NCBI GenBank assembly: GCA_013239625.1
Contig: MU053410.1
Location: 13,451-77,450, forward strand
DNA: 64,000 nt
From: Lama guanicoe
Lineage: Eukaryota
Reading direction: 5' to 3'
Part shown: piece after piece, positions 22,862 through 37,071 of the stretch
How the letters are laid out: every line of letters begins with the position of its first letter
Numbering within the stretch: the first letter of the stretch is position 1
Made by a program: the position numbers and the translations under genes
Notes under the pieces: generated by a model
What the model was told of the DNA's origin: nothing
Database searches by the model: none
Seen by the model: the letters and a program-made list of their open reading frames with translations, nothing else

Positions 22862-23718
22862 GTAAGGGGGCATGGGAGAGGCCAGGGGGCAGATGAGGGT
22901 GGGGAGGAGGGGCAGGGAGGGGAGAAGGACAGAGGGGTCCCCAGGCAAAGTGGCCGCTGGACCTTGGCTTGCCGTGCCTCATTTCCAGAGGACCGGACTA
23001 GTCTAGTTCTAGTTCTGAAAGTGTGTGATCCTAAAGCTTCAGTGCTCTCTGAGTCCAGATCTCCGCAAGTCTGGGAATCTGAGTTTTGGACTCAAGAATT
23101 GGGTTCTTGGAGTCTTTCTAAGGCTTGACTCCAAGATTTTAATCAACCATGGATGTCAGATGACTTGATTCAACTCAGAAGTCATGGCTGGGGCCTGGAC
23201 CATTCCAAGCCACTGACAAACACTCCTATTTCCCATTGCCATAGGAGGCACTTAGGAAAACTGGAGAGAAAACACATTTATGAACTCTGACCTCTGACCT
23301 CTGAGCCTGCAGGATCAACTTAGAATAATTATGACCTGAGAGTGTTTGGCCTCTCTGAAGCTCGCTGTGCTGTCCTTCCAACACAGGTCAACTATCTACT
23401 TTGTAGGCTTATTCGGTGAACTGAATAATGCAGGAAAAAGTTTGTGTTTTTTAGGGTTGAAAAAGGAGAAGTGTAGGCAAAGATTTATAAGCAAGAGTCT
23501 TTATTAAAGAAAGGAATGTTCATGGTTTGGGGAAATGCGTACAGTGCAAAATTAAGTGGAAAAAGCACATATATTTGTAATTATTTGGTACAGTGTTTCT
23601 CAGCAGAGGTGCTGCAGGCATTTTGGATGGACCGTATCTTCACTGGGTAGGATGCACCTGTTAGTGTGTCAGTAACTCTCCCTGTCATAGGACAACCAGG
23701 TCCCCAGTATTCCCACAC

Positions 23719-23764
<46 letters not shown>

Positions 23765-25131
23765 TACTCACACCAACACAGCACACCATGCTCACATCCA
23801 CAAATACACACACAGAGACTGCTTCCCCTTGAGGGCAGGGACCCTGTCTTGCTGGTTTAATGTCCCAGCCTGTGCCCAGGGCCTGGCCCTGGCAGGTGCT
23901 CTGCTGCTGCCCCTGGGTCCCAGAGACCGTCATTCTTGCCTGCACCTCCAGACCGGTCTCCAGCTCCACCCTGTGTGCTCTGCTTTAGTCCCCACCAGCT
24001 GAATGTTTGCTTCAGAGCAGGGGTCGTGCCAGTCCCCTGCTCACTACCCTCAGTGCCTCCTCACTTATGCTTCGAAAAAGGTCTAGACGCCCTACCTCGG
24101 CTCTGCATAACAGCCTCCATCCCTCTGTGCTTATCTCCTGCTGCGTCCCTTGCTGGAGCCTGCCCAGCCGCAGGCCTCCTTCCTTCTGTGAATGTGCCAC
24201 AGCCACTCCCTGATCGGGCCGTCGCCGAGGCTGGGCTCCCGGCCCCGCTTGCTCTCCCTGCTCTCCTGGGCACGACTTGCTCATCTTGGCAGGACTCATT
24301 CCTTTACATGAACAACTCGGCTCCTCCTCTGAGGAGTTTTACTGGATCACATGAGCTAAAATAGACAACCCCTAACACCACAGCTCCCTGTTGCCTTTAC
24401 ACCACTTATTAGATCTAAAATCATTCTACTATTCACTTCACTTCCCCGTCTCCCCCAACTGAGTATGTTCCTCTGTATCACTAGTGTCTAAAAGACACTA
24501 AACACGAGGACAGATGAATAAGGGAGTGAGCAGATGGGAGGATGGATTGGGGAGGGGGAGGGGGGAGGATGAGTGAGGGGAAGGGAAGATGGGGGGTGCG
24601 TAGGTGAGAGGATGGTGGGCAGACAGATGGAGTGAGTGGACACATCAGTAGGTGGAGGGGAGAATGGAGAGATGGGTCAAAAGATGGGTGGATGGGCAAA
24701 TGGATGGAAGGGTGAGTGGGTGAACAGGACAAAAGGAGAGCTAGGTAGATGGAGGGAGGATTGGTGGGTAGAAGGAAAGGTTAGTGATAGACAAGTGGAG
24801 AATGGATGGGATGGTTTGAGAAAGGGTAGGAAGGCTGGTGAGTGGTTGCTGATCGCCCGGGTAGGGTATGTGTTGGGATTTGCGGAATAGAAGAGGTGTG
24901 GTCTGTTGCCATGAGGGAGGTAGAGGGAATAGGTTGAGTTTGGAGGAGTTCAGGAAACAGGAGGGGGCTTCTTAGGCAGAGGTAGAACTGGAACAGCGCT
25001 GCAGACCCAGCTGTGCCGAGACAACCCTGGGCTCGGGGCGCAGCGGCGAGCAGGGAGGAGGAGCGGGGAGCGCGGAGCAGCCCAGAGCTGAGCTGCAGCA
25101 CCGTTCACTCAACTCCTCCTCGTCCTCGCAG

Positions 25132-25298
25132 GGCCTCTGCTCGAGCCCTTCCGTCTCCAGGAGGGGAAGGTGGGCCTCGTTGAGAACAAGTTCTGCAATA
25201 TGTTATATGAACAAAGAGTTGGCCAAGGCAGGAACTACTCTGTGCATGAGGAGATGCTGTGTGCTGGGGACTTCTCGACAGGAAAGGCCATCTGCTGC
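25132..25298 (+). CDS. PRSS47: PRSS47-like exon, copy B
   Basis: As 4048-4214. Confidence 0.8.
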
Positions 25299-27962
25299 GT
25301 GAGTGAGGCCATTTCTGTTCCTCCCTTGCGTGTTCTCAGGGCCTCAGTTTCCCTGGGGATGGGGGGGGTGTTGCCTCTGCTCTCCTTGTGGAGACCCCCA
25401 GGACGTCCTGCTTCCTCCCTCTCCGTGTCTTCCCGGGGCTCCAGCCCTTGGCAGCGTTCCCCCGGCTGCCCCTTCCTGAGCCCATTGTCCCTGAGGGCGT
25501 TACTGGCAGGACCTCAGACAGCGTCTGTTTTTGAGGCCTATTTTACAGTTTTGATTGAGGTGTAACATACTTACAAAAAAGTATATTCATAGTGTTGTCA
25601 TAGGTGAGTGGTGGGCGAATCTTCACATAGTGACGCAACATGTGACCAACACCCCGGGGCCCCACTCGTGTCCCTTTCCAGTCACCAGCACTCAGGGGAA
25701 ACCGCCACCTTCACTTGCAACACCTCAGATTAGATCATGGGTTTTCTGTAAGTAGCATTTATTTCCAGTTGTCAGTCTTTCATGGTCACATTCTGTGTGT
25801 GAGCTGCATGCCTGCTGCTGCCTATAGTTAGTTTGTTCATCCTCGTCGCCTTCCAGGACTCTGCTGGAGGCACTGAATTCTGTGGTCAGTTCTGCTTCTG
25901 ATGGGTATTCTAGCAGTTTCCAAGCTGTCCGTTTCATTTCGCTTCCAAATGTTTCATATAGTCCATTCCATAGAAGCCCATGAGGAGAACTGTTGGATGA
26001 AGAGGTATGCGTGTGTTCAGCTCTGGCAGATGCTACCAGACACCTCCAAAGTGCTTGCCACAGGCCCCCCTCCAGCAGTGGGTGAGGCTCTGTGTCCTCG
26101 CCGACACTTGGCACTTTCCGTCTTTTCTCATTTTGATATCTTATTGTGGTTTTAATCTTCATTTTCATTAAATGTATTTTCGTATGTTTATTGTCATTGG
26201 ATGTCTTCTTCTGTAAAGCTTCCCTTCCAGTTCTCTCCCCTCTCATCTTCCTCTTGGGCTGTCTGTCTTTTCCTTGAGGGGCTCTTGGTATATTTGTATA
26301 TTTTTCTATATTCCGATATGAGTCCGCTGTTGGTTATATGGAGTGTGAAGCTCTCTTTCTGCTCTTTGTCGTGCCCCATGTTGTAAGTGGGCAGACAGGC
26401 CCAGAGAAGGAAAGTGGTACCCTAAAACAAGGCAGTCCAACCTGACTCCAAACCCACTGCCTCCCCCACAGGGCCCAGCCTCCCATGCTCACATCACATC
26501 TTTCACACAGACGGCACCGTGGGGTGGAGGGGAGAGTGTTGGGCTCTGGAGTTAGAGACACTGCTCTGCCACGTGTCCCTGCCCTGTGACCTCCAGCGGT
26601 CTTTTCACCTCCTGAGCCTGTGTCTTCGTTTGCAGTGTGGGATTCGGAGGCCTCCTTCGTGGCATTATGGAAAGGATAGTGCAATGAGTTGGATAATGTC
26701 CCCTAAATTTGTATCCACTTGGAAACTCAGAATATGACCTGTATTGGAAATAGAGGCTTTCCAGATGTGACTAGATAAGAATCTCGAGATGACACCACTC
26801 TGAATTTGCAGTGGGCCCTGAATCCAATGACTTGTGTTCTTATAGGAACAGAGACAGACACAGAGACGCTTGGTGTCAGACTTCCGGCTCCCAGAATCAT
26901 GAGGGGTCGCATTTCTGTTGTTTGCAGAGTCACTCAGTTTGGGGTGATATGCTGTGGCACCCCAGGACACCCACACGGGAGGGGTGAGGTGCGCCTGGCC
27001 CATGGGAGGGCCGCGCTGATGGCAGGTTCCATGATGGCCCAGTGAGCTGCTGAGCCCGAGGGGGAAGCTTGGCCACCTGCCCCCTTGGTAGGAGGCGGAC
27101 CCAGGTTTCCCGGTGCCCAGGCCCTAACCAGTGGTGTGGGCTTTCTGACTGTCTGGCCTGGCCTGTCCTTCTGACGGAGTCAGCTGCACCTAGAGGTGAA
27201 ACAAAGGGCTCAGCACTCAGCCTCCCAAGTCCCCATCTGGCTGTCACCCTGGACCCCACTTCCAGCCTTGTCCCCCACCTGCCCTCCCCTGCAGAGGCCA
27301 AGCCCATGGAGCGCAGGGCTGGAGCCCTCTGTCTGCTTGCCCGCCGGACATGCACAGTGGCCCTCAACCTCGCTGCTCCTCTAGTTCCCCCCGGCTTGAG
27401 GACACCACTGAGCTGGACACCCAGGAGTCCCAGCAGGTGACCCCCTCCTGCCTCCCTCAGCCTTTCTGTCACCCAAGCCCACCTGAGAGATTCCTTCTAG
27501 ATTCATCTTCTGCCACGTCACCTGCTCTGGCGCCCACCCTGCAACCCGGGGCTCTCTTCTCTCCCCTAAAGTGTCCCTCCCCCTGCACAGGGCCCCCAGA
27601 AACAGGTCTGAGGAGAGAAGGGCCACAGGGGCACTCAGCACTCAGACTGTGGGGCAGGACGGGCCTGGTTCCAGCCATTAATCTGTTGTTTACTGGGATT
27701 GTGGCCTCAGCTCAGTTTCCTCACCCATGAAATGGGGTCGCTAACAGCCTCCACTTAATAAGGTTCCTATAACAATTTGCGAGCTGTGTCTGGCACTCAG
27801 TAGGTGCTTGACAAGTGTTGGCTTTCATTCTCCTGGCCTGGTCTGCCCCCCTCTATCTTAATTGTACCTGTTCTGGGCCTGTCTTAGACCTTCCTGTCAC
27901 TCAAGGTGGATTCCACTGCCTGGCCCACTCAACACACACATGCAAGTGTGTCTGTGCCTGCA

Positions 27963-28009
<47 letters not shown>

Positions 28010-28748
28010 GGCTGTGTCTCTACAGCAGTGCAAACCACAGCTCACTTCGCATGGGAAATATTAGTGTTGGGGTTCCCTCTGGCTTCTGAGAGCTCCCCAG
28101 GGGCCAGAAGACTATTGGAACCCTTCCCATCTCCCCATGACTGGCCCAGAATCCATCATACTATTGGCAACCATGTGACTCATCTGCGTGAATCTTTGAG
28201 GCCTGGAGTGGACAAGGACCAGGCCTTCCCCTGGCCTTGAGCAACCAGGAGTGGGTACACTGTGGGGAGGGCTGAGAGCACTCCAGGCAGGGACCACAGA
28301 GGGGAGGAGCTGAGAGGATGTTGGCACATTCCCTATCTCCAAGAAGCCCCATGTATGACCCTCTTGGGGCTGCTGAGACAAACCTCAAACTGGGTGGCTA
28401 AAATTACAGAAATTTATTATCTTAGGTTTCTGATGGTCAAAGGTCTAAAACATAGGTGCTGGCCAGGCACGTTCCTTCTGGAGGCTCTAGAGAAGAATGT
28501 TTCCTTTCTTCTTCTGGTTTTTAAGGGGCCTCCCACATTCCTTGGCTCATGGCCCCTTCCACCATCCTCAAAGCACATTGCTCCAAACTCTGCTTCTGTC
28601 ATCTTATCTCCACGTGTGACACATTTCACCTTTTCTGCTTAGCTGACTCAGGACTTAGCGGTCTGGCAATAAGCCTTGAAGCAATGTTCTCATCATTCTT
28701 CCTGACCATCTGCCTGGCGCAGTCCTTGTGTAGCCAGAAGGATCCCAG

Positions 28749-29542
28749 ACGAACACCTGTATGGCAAAAAAAAAAAAACTGGACAACTTAGAAGAAATGG
28801 ACAAGTTTCTAGAAACAAACAGTCCACCAAAACTGAACCAAGAAGATATAGATCATTTGAACAGACCAATCACTAGAGGTGAAATAGAATCAACAATAAA
28901 AAAACCTCCTTGCAAACAAAGGTCCAGGACCAGACGGCTTCACTGGGGAATTTTACCAAACATACCAAGAAGAGCTCATACCAATCCTCCTCAAACGCTT
29001 CCAAAAGATTGAAAAGGAGAAAATGCTTCCAAATTCATTCTATGAAGCCACCATCACCCTGGTACCAAAGCCAGACCAAGACACTACCTAGAAAGAAAGC
29101 TATAGGCCAATATCATTGATGTGCATAGATGCAGAAATCCTCAACGAAACATTAGCAAACAGAATCCAACAACATGTAAAAAAAGGTCATACACCATGAT
29201 CAAGTTGGGTGCATCCCCGGGACACAAGGATATTTCAACATACATGAATCAATCAATGTGATACACCACAGAGAAAGGACAAAAATCACATGATCATCTC
29301 AATAGGTGCAGAAAAACCATTGGATAAAATTGAACATTTATGGTAAAAAATCTAACCAAAGTGGGTACAGAGGGAACATATCTCAACATAATAAAAGCTA
29401 CTTATGATAAACCTACAGCCAGCATAACACTCAATGGTGCAAAGCTGAAAGCCTTCCTGCTAAGATCTGGAACAAGACAAGGATGCCCACTCTCACCACT
29501 TCTATTCAGTATAGTATTGCAAGTCCTAGCCGGAGCAATTAG

Positions 29543-29588
<46 letters not shown>

Positions 29589-31645
29589 AGGGAATGAATG
29601 GGATCCAAATTGGAAGAGATGGGTAAAATTGTCATTATATGCAGATGACGTGATACTATATAGAGAAAACCCTCAAGGCTCCACACAAAAACTATTAGAG
29701 CTGATGAAAGAATTCAGCAAAGTAGCAGGATACAAGAGTAACATACAGAAATCAGTGCCATTTCTTTACACTAACAATGAAATATCAGAAAAGGAAAGTA
29801 AGGAAACAATCCCTTTTAAAATTGCATCCAAAAACATAAAATACTTAGCAATAAGTCTGACCCAGGAAGTGAAAGACATATGTGGAGAAATACAAAACAC
29901 TAAGGAAATTAAATATGACTTAAAGAAATGGAAAGATATCCCATGTTCTTAGATTGGAAGAATTAATATTGTTAAGATGGCCATACTACACAAAGCAATC
30001 TACAGTTTTAATGCCCATCCATATTAACCCAGGACACTTTTCACAGAACTACAATAAATTATCCTAAAATTTAAATGGAATCACAAAAGACCCAGAATTG
30101 CCAAGACAATACTGAAGAAAAAGAACAAAGCTGTAGGAATAACCCTCCCAGGCTTCAGACAATGTTGTAGAGCTACAGTAATCAAAACAGCATGGCATTT
30201 GTACAAAACCAGACATATGGATCAATGGAACAGAAGAGAGAGCCCAGAAATAAATCCACAAACTTTTGATCAATTAATCTTTGACAAATGAGTCAAAAAC
30301 ATACAGTGGAATAAAGACAGTCTCTTCAGCAAATGGTGTTGGGAAAACTGGACAGCTGTATGAACATCAGTGATGTTAGAACACTCTCTCACACCATACA
30401 CAAAAATAAACTCAAAATAGCTTAAAGAGTTAAACATAAGGCAAGACACTATAAACCTCTTAGAAGAAAACATAGGCCAAACATTCTCCAACACAAATCT
30501 CAGCAATGTTCTCCTTGGGCAGTCTACCCAGGCAATAGAAGAACAAAGCAAAAGTAAACAAATGGGACCTGATTAAACTTACAAGCTTTCACACAGCAAA
30601 GGAAACCATAAACAAAACAAAGAGACAACCTATGGAATGGGAGAAAATATTTGCAAAACATGAGACTGACAGGGGCCTAAACTCCAGAATATATGAACAG
30701 CTCATACAACTTAATAAGAAAAAACAAACAACCCAATCCAAAAATGGGCAGAAGACCTAAACAAACAATTCTCCAGTGAAAACATACAAATAGCCAATAG
30801 GCACATGAAAAAATGCTCCACATCATTAATTATTAGAGAAATGCAAATCAAAACTACTATGAGATATCACCTCACATTAGTCAGAAGAACTGTTATTCAG
30901 GAGTACACAAAGGATAAATGCTGGAGAGGCTGTGGAGAAAAGAGAACCCTCCTGCACCGCTGGTGGAATGTCATTTGGTGTCGCTGTTACAGAAAACAGT
31001 ATGGAGATTCCTCAAAAGACTAAAAACAGACTTTCCCTATGATCCAGAAATCCCACTTTTGGGCATATATCCAGAGGGAACCTTAATTCAAAACGATACA
31101 TTCACTCTAATGTTCATAGCAGCATTATTTACAATAGTCAAGATGTGGAAACAACCTAAATGTCCATCGACAGATGACTGGATAAAGAAGTGGTATGTTA
31201 TACAATGGAATACTACTCAGCCATAAAAATGATAAAATTATGCCATTTGCAGCAAGAGGGATGGACCTGGAGAATGTCATTCTAAGTTAAGCCAGAAAGA
31301 GAAAGAAAAATACCTATGATATCACTTATATGTGGAATCTTAAAAAAAAAGAGACAAATGAACTTATTTGCAAAACAGAAACAGACTCTCAGACATAGAG
31401 GACAAACTTGTGGTTATCATGGGGGAGGGGTGGGAAGGATTAATTGGGAACTAGAGATTTATACGTATAGAACAGATAAACAAGTTCATGCTGTATCTCA
31501 CAGGGAACTATATCCGATACATTACAGTAACTTACGATGAAAAATAATATGAAAACAAATATATATATGTTCATATATGACTGAAGCATTGTGCTGTACA
31601 CCAGAAATTGACACAACCTTGTGAACTGACTATCCTTCAATAATA

Positions 31646-31692
<47 letters not shown>

Positions 31693-31718
31693 ATATACAT
31701 ATACACAAAAAATAAAAC
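28749..31718 (+). mobile_element. 5'-truncated LINE-1, copy B (about 2.97 kb)
   Basis: RT motifs, C-terminal CWRGCGEK motif, 3' UTR, (GT)n in the tail. TSD AGGATCCCAG at 28739-28748 and 31719-31728. Confidence 0.95.
31646..31700. repeat. (GT)n microsatellite in the L1 tail (also about 50972-51026)
   Basis: Direct reading. Confidence 0.95.
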
Positions 31719-34390
31719 AGGATCCCAGGAGGCCTCAGTGCACTCACCCCAGAACTAAGAAACCATGATAATGTGGTAAAGTCCCCATTTAGCACATATC
31801 CAGTATGGACCAGATGACATTCAAACAATTCAATGCAGATTCTTTCCAGTCCTGGCATTGCCCAGGTATCCTGGACCCTCACTGGCAGGTGGGCACAAAT
31901 GGACTCATGTACACATTGACACTGGGATCTCACCAGCTTGAGCAGGAATGTGCACAGGAACTCCCTTCACAAGATAATCTTGGGAGGCCTCAAGAAAGTG
32001 GTTTCCCAGTGTCCACAGCCATCTAGGCATTGCCAGCAGTCCTAGTCTCTGGCCATCTCTCTAGTTGGAGCTCTACCACTGAGGTACCACTACGCCTAGC
32101 TATGTGCCCACCACCAGCATCGATCCCTAAGAGCTCAGCTGTCTCTGGAAGGGGGAAGACAAACATTCCCTCCCTTGGTGGTAAACTCAGTTATAGGGGT
32201 CTCAGGCTGGGTTGCTTAGGCCCTGGATGTCAGTGAATTACTGAGATGACATGTGGTTACCCACACTCTCCACTAGGTCAGGGGAGCTCAGGCAGTTCAG
32301 CTGCAGCAGTAGCCATCCACTGGCCCTAAACTCCTATTCTCTGCCCAACCACAGCAGACTTGGGCTGGCTGTGCCCCAGGGGCCTGGCCTTCATATACCC
32401 TGTTCCTGAAGTTAGGTGATTCTCTGCCCATCTTGTATGCTCTGACCTCTAACCAAGGGATCCCACTATATATCTTATCTGCACAACACACTGACCAAAT
32501 TTCAGCTCCAGCCCAATCAGTTTCCCCATGGCCTGAAACCAACTTAGTGCTTAGTAGTATTATCCTGCTTTAGTTTTTGTTTTGTTTTTTTTAAGATAAA
32601 CTGAAGCCTAGTAGGTTTTAAGTAGCTTTTCAGAGGTGACGTAGGTAGGAAGTAGTAGAACAAGAATTCAAAACTTGATCTCTCTTGAGAGAACTTGAAC
32701 ATCTTTGTCCTTCTCACTCCTGCATGTTGTACCCAGATGCCTGTTACCCCGTCTGAGTTCCTCTCATCACCTGGGGAAGGCTTACTCTAACCTGTCCCAA
32801 GAGCATACCCCAGATACCCACTACTGAACAGAGAGACTAAGGTAGGGGTGGAGGGAAAGGGCTAAGCAGGGGACAGAAGGAGCCAGTTAGCCTGGGAGTG
32901 GGGCCTGGCCTGTCACTGAAGTCACTGGCAGGGAGAGGGACTTGAAAGATCTGTGTTCAGGGGCTCCCTGCCCTCCCAAACGGTGTGCTGGCATGGGCTG
33001 CTAGTGCTCATTGCCAAAGTCAAACACAGACAAGCTACGGAGGTAAGAAGAAACTAACAGAAATCATAGGCTTCCAGTTTCTAGTCTAGAGTGTGAGGAA
33101 CTTGGAATTCATCCCTCCCATCCTCAAAACAAGAAAAAATGAACAGACTGAAAAGAAACATCTCTTTCTAGACCCATCAGAGAACTGAGGTCACAGGGCA
33201 AACCACTGTCCTGAGAATTGGAGAAGGAGGCAGATGCTTTATACGGTACGATCAGAGAAGGCCAGGCCCAGTGTGGGCAGGGACTAGAACCAACACTGTG
33301 ACATGCAGGCCCCAGGTCCAGCTTTCTCCATGGGATGAGCACTCCAGATGAGGGAAGCACTAGCCTCTCTCCTGCTGGTCAGGGCTGGCACAAGCTGTGA
33401 TCACAGCTGTAATGCTCAGCAGATCCATGGCTGAGTCAATGGGCAGCACTTACCAGCTTTGACAGCTGTGAGCCTCGGCTGTGGTCAGTGCCCATGAAGT
33501 CTTGAGGAAGGCCAGCCTTCCTCCTGCAGGGAGGCAATCTTGAACAAGTAAACCTCGCCCTCTAGCTACTTCAAGAATCAAAACCCAGCCATGGCAATCT
33601 CAGGTACATAACTATGAGAAATGAAAACATATTTCCCCACAAAAACTTGTATACAAATGTTCACAGCAGAATCACATGATCTAATGCATAATTGTGAGAA
33701 AAGTGGAAAATAAAGTATATTTTCATTTTTGTATCTGAAACATTGGAAATATCATTTAAGAAACTAAGTAGTTATCTAATAATGGCAGGGGGAATTAAGA
33801 TGTCACGAGGGTGGATGTGAAACTTCTCAATGTACAGTATTTTGTTATTTTAACTTTAAACTGTGAATGTGTTCTAAATTTGAAACAAAGTTTTAGAAAT
33901 CATAGGAATTATAGTTCCCAACTAGACATGAAATATTGTAAACATGAACAGTGTTTTTAAAATATATATAACTATTCAAAATCTGAGTTGGAAATAACAG
34001 TGGTAGAAGAGAATCTGTTAATGTCAAACTTTCAAAATGAAATCAATAGATAATGTCTAAATTTGAAGCACAGTGTTTAGAAAACACAAAATGTCTTGAA
34101 TTTATTTCACAACCTGTTAATGCATTTCATAATTTTATTTATTTATTTGTTTGTTTATCATTAACTCTTTGTACCTTATAGAGATCTTTTACGCAACAAT
34201 ATTTCCCATGACAAAGATACATTTATTTGAAATATGGTGATTCCTCCAGTTTTGTTTTAGTTTTTTTCTTCTATGAAGTTCAAGTAAAATTACAATGATC
34301 ATTTTTGGTTTAAAAAAGAAACTTGTATACAAATGTTCACACCAGAATTAATCCTAATAGACAAAAAGGCTACAAATCTGTGGGGCCACC

Positions 34391-34632
34391 AGACCCGCCC
34401 CCGAGGTCCCGAAAGCCAATCCGCGCGCACGCTTCCCGGCCCCGCCCCGGCGTCCTCCTCCGCCCCGCCCCTCCCTCCGTCCACCAGAAGGTCAGTTTGT
34501 CAGGCAGGCAGGGGGCGTCCTGTCCGAGCAGCTGGAGGTTCTGCGTTTCTCCCGAGCGGCTCTGGCCTTGCTCCCTCCGGCCAGCGGCGGCGGCTGCAGC
34601 GGCGGCAGCGCAGTCCCTCCGGGAGGCGCGGT
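34391..34632 (+). promoter_or_regulatory. CpG island 2, copy B, truncated within the first exon
   Basis: Matches A and C up to GGGAGGCGCGGT, then switches abruptly to AT-rich L1-like DNA. Confidence 0.75.
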
Positions 34633-37071
34633 TGTATTCCAACAATGTACAATGTTTTTGATCTTCTTTAAGTTAACATTGTACCCCTTCATATAAAATG
34701 TAAGAGCCTTGTATAACCCAATTTACTGTCCCCAATCTTCTTTGCTCTGGTTGTCATATGCCTTATATCTCTGTATGCTATAAACCCCACGATACAGTGC
34801 TATGGTTTTTGCTTTAAAAAGCTAAATGTATATTAAAGTAATTTAGAGAAAATAATCTTTTATATTTGCTCACTTATTTACCATTTCTGTTGTTCTTCAT
34901 TCCTCCTGAATATCCATCTGATACCTTCTCCTTCAGCCCAAGTCATAATCTTTACTAATTCTTACAGTGCAAGTTTGCTGGTGATGAATTTGCTTAGTTT
35001 TCATTTTTCTGAAAATGTTTTTATTTTGCCTTTATTCTTCCCCTCCTTTATTTTTGTGGGTATTTTCTAGATATTGAAATTCTGGGTTGCCTTCTTTACT
35101 TTCTCGTACTTTAAAGATAGCACTCCAGTGTTTTCTGGCCTCTGTGTTTCCTGGAGAGAAGTCAGCCTGCCTTCGGATGGTTGTTCTGGTGTATGATGTA
35201 TGTAGTGTGAGTTTGGTTTTGTTTTCTCCTGGCTACTCTTGAGTTTTTCTCTTTATACGTATTGGTTTTAAGCAATTTGATTGTGTTGTACCTTAGTGTG
35301 GTTTTTGCTGGGTTTTTCTTCACCCCATTTCTCTCCACTCATTCTGGGATTCCACTTACATGTATGTTAGACTTTTTCATATTGTCTCACAGATCATAAG
35401 ACTGTGTTCATTTTTTTCAGTTTTTTTCCTGTTTTTCAAATTTGATTTGAAATTTGATTTCTGTTCATCTATATTCACGTTTACTGACTCTTATGTCACC
35501 TCAAATCTTTTAGGCCTAGCCAGTGATTTTTTTAAGATATTGTACATTTTAGTTCTAAAATTTCCATTTAATTCTCGAAGTTTCTATTTTTCTAAAATGT
35601 CCTGTTTTTCTAAATTTTGTATTTTTCTGAGTTCAGTTTGAACATACGTTCTCTATGGCCTTGACCTTAAGTGTGGCTAACGGCTGTAAGATCCTGTCTG
35701 CTGCTCTAAGTCTGAGTCATCTTGGCCTGTCTTTATTGATTACCTTTCCTCTCGAGTATGGTAACACTTTCCTGTTTTATATCGAGTAACGTGGGGTTGT
35801 GTCCTGGGTGTTGTGAATGGTTCATTGTAGGATCTCGGCATCCTCTTATTCTTTGAGGAGTGTTGATATTTTTGTTTCTTGTAGCAGTCAGTTAAGTTAG
35901 CTGGGCTCAGGCTCTCAGTCCTGTCTTCTTGCAGTGGGCAGTGGCTGAAATCTCTGTTCTGTTCATTTGGGCCTAGACGGGCACTTGGATTCTTCTTTGA
36001 ATGTGCATTTCTGAGTCAGTCACAGGTTAGGATAGAATTTATATGAAGAGTTCAGAGCTTTCTCTGTGACTCCTTCCTTTCTGGGGTTTTCTTCCTCATT
36101 GTTAGCTCATCTGTTTGCCACTGCTCTGTCTTCTGATTTGCAGCCAGAAAGGCCGCAGCTTTGTTTTTTGTTTGTTTGTTTGTTTTTTCGGATTTTTAGT
36201 TAGCCCCCTGAGGTGTGCCTCAGACAAAAAGCCATTAAAGAAAACAAGTGGGGACACACGCACCCAGTGTCTTTCTCATCTTCTTGGTATTGATTTTCCT
36301 CCAGTTTCTGCCTGCTTTGTGTGCATTCCAGTGCCGTCAGATCATTTTTTAAAATGTTTCATCTACTGTTCATAATTGTTATCTGTAGGAGAATTTTATA
36401 TCCGTGGAAGCAGAACTCTGTTCAGTTTTTTTAAGGCATCTTTAAAACTGTTTCTGTATTATTAACATTGATTGTTACTGATGGATAACAGTATTAGAGT
36501 CAGCAATAAACACAGATCAGTTTACGATTAAATTTGTTTGCAGTTTGTCCTGTTTCTTTGTCCTCTAAAGAACCTGTGTCTTTTGTAAGCGTGCTTAATG
36601 ACATAAATATAAATGTAGAGGGAGCAGCGCTCAGTGATGGTTCCTGCCAGAAGAGCTGTATCATGTTACTCAAGTGCCGGCGTTCGTATATTCTTGTGGT
36701 TGAGGGTTTCGTGGACACCGAAGCTCAGACAGGTGACTGGGACAGCAGCACTCTGAATTCCACCGTCAGCCTTATCTAGAAAGTGGCATCAGTGTTGAAT
36801 TTAACAGTTAATTGTAGTATATGTAGGCTTTTCTGAACCATTCACAGTGCTTATCGGTCAAGTGGTTTGATTTAGATGTAGTTTTTGATCATGTTGACTT
36901 AACTTTGAGCTGCCTTATTTTTAACCAAGGAGAGGTTAATCCTTGTCCTCAAGAAAGGCGTAATCTAAGGTAGACCCTTCTGGGTTCACAGGTTGTCACC
37001 ATGTAAAAAGTCTTACCACAGCATTGCCAAGATGTTAATGAAAGAAAAATGCATAATTTATAAAAAAAAAC

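Larger units (their letters stand above)
21198..25298 (+). pseudogene. PRSS47: PRSS47-like gene fragment, copy B (candidate exon 21198-21256; exons 22584-22861 and 25132-25298)
   Basis: Same exons as copy A, with NVT instead of NFT (G at 22759). Confidence 0.8.
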
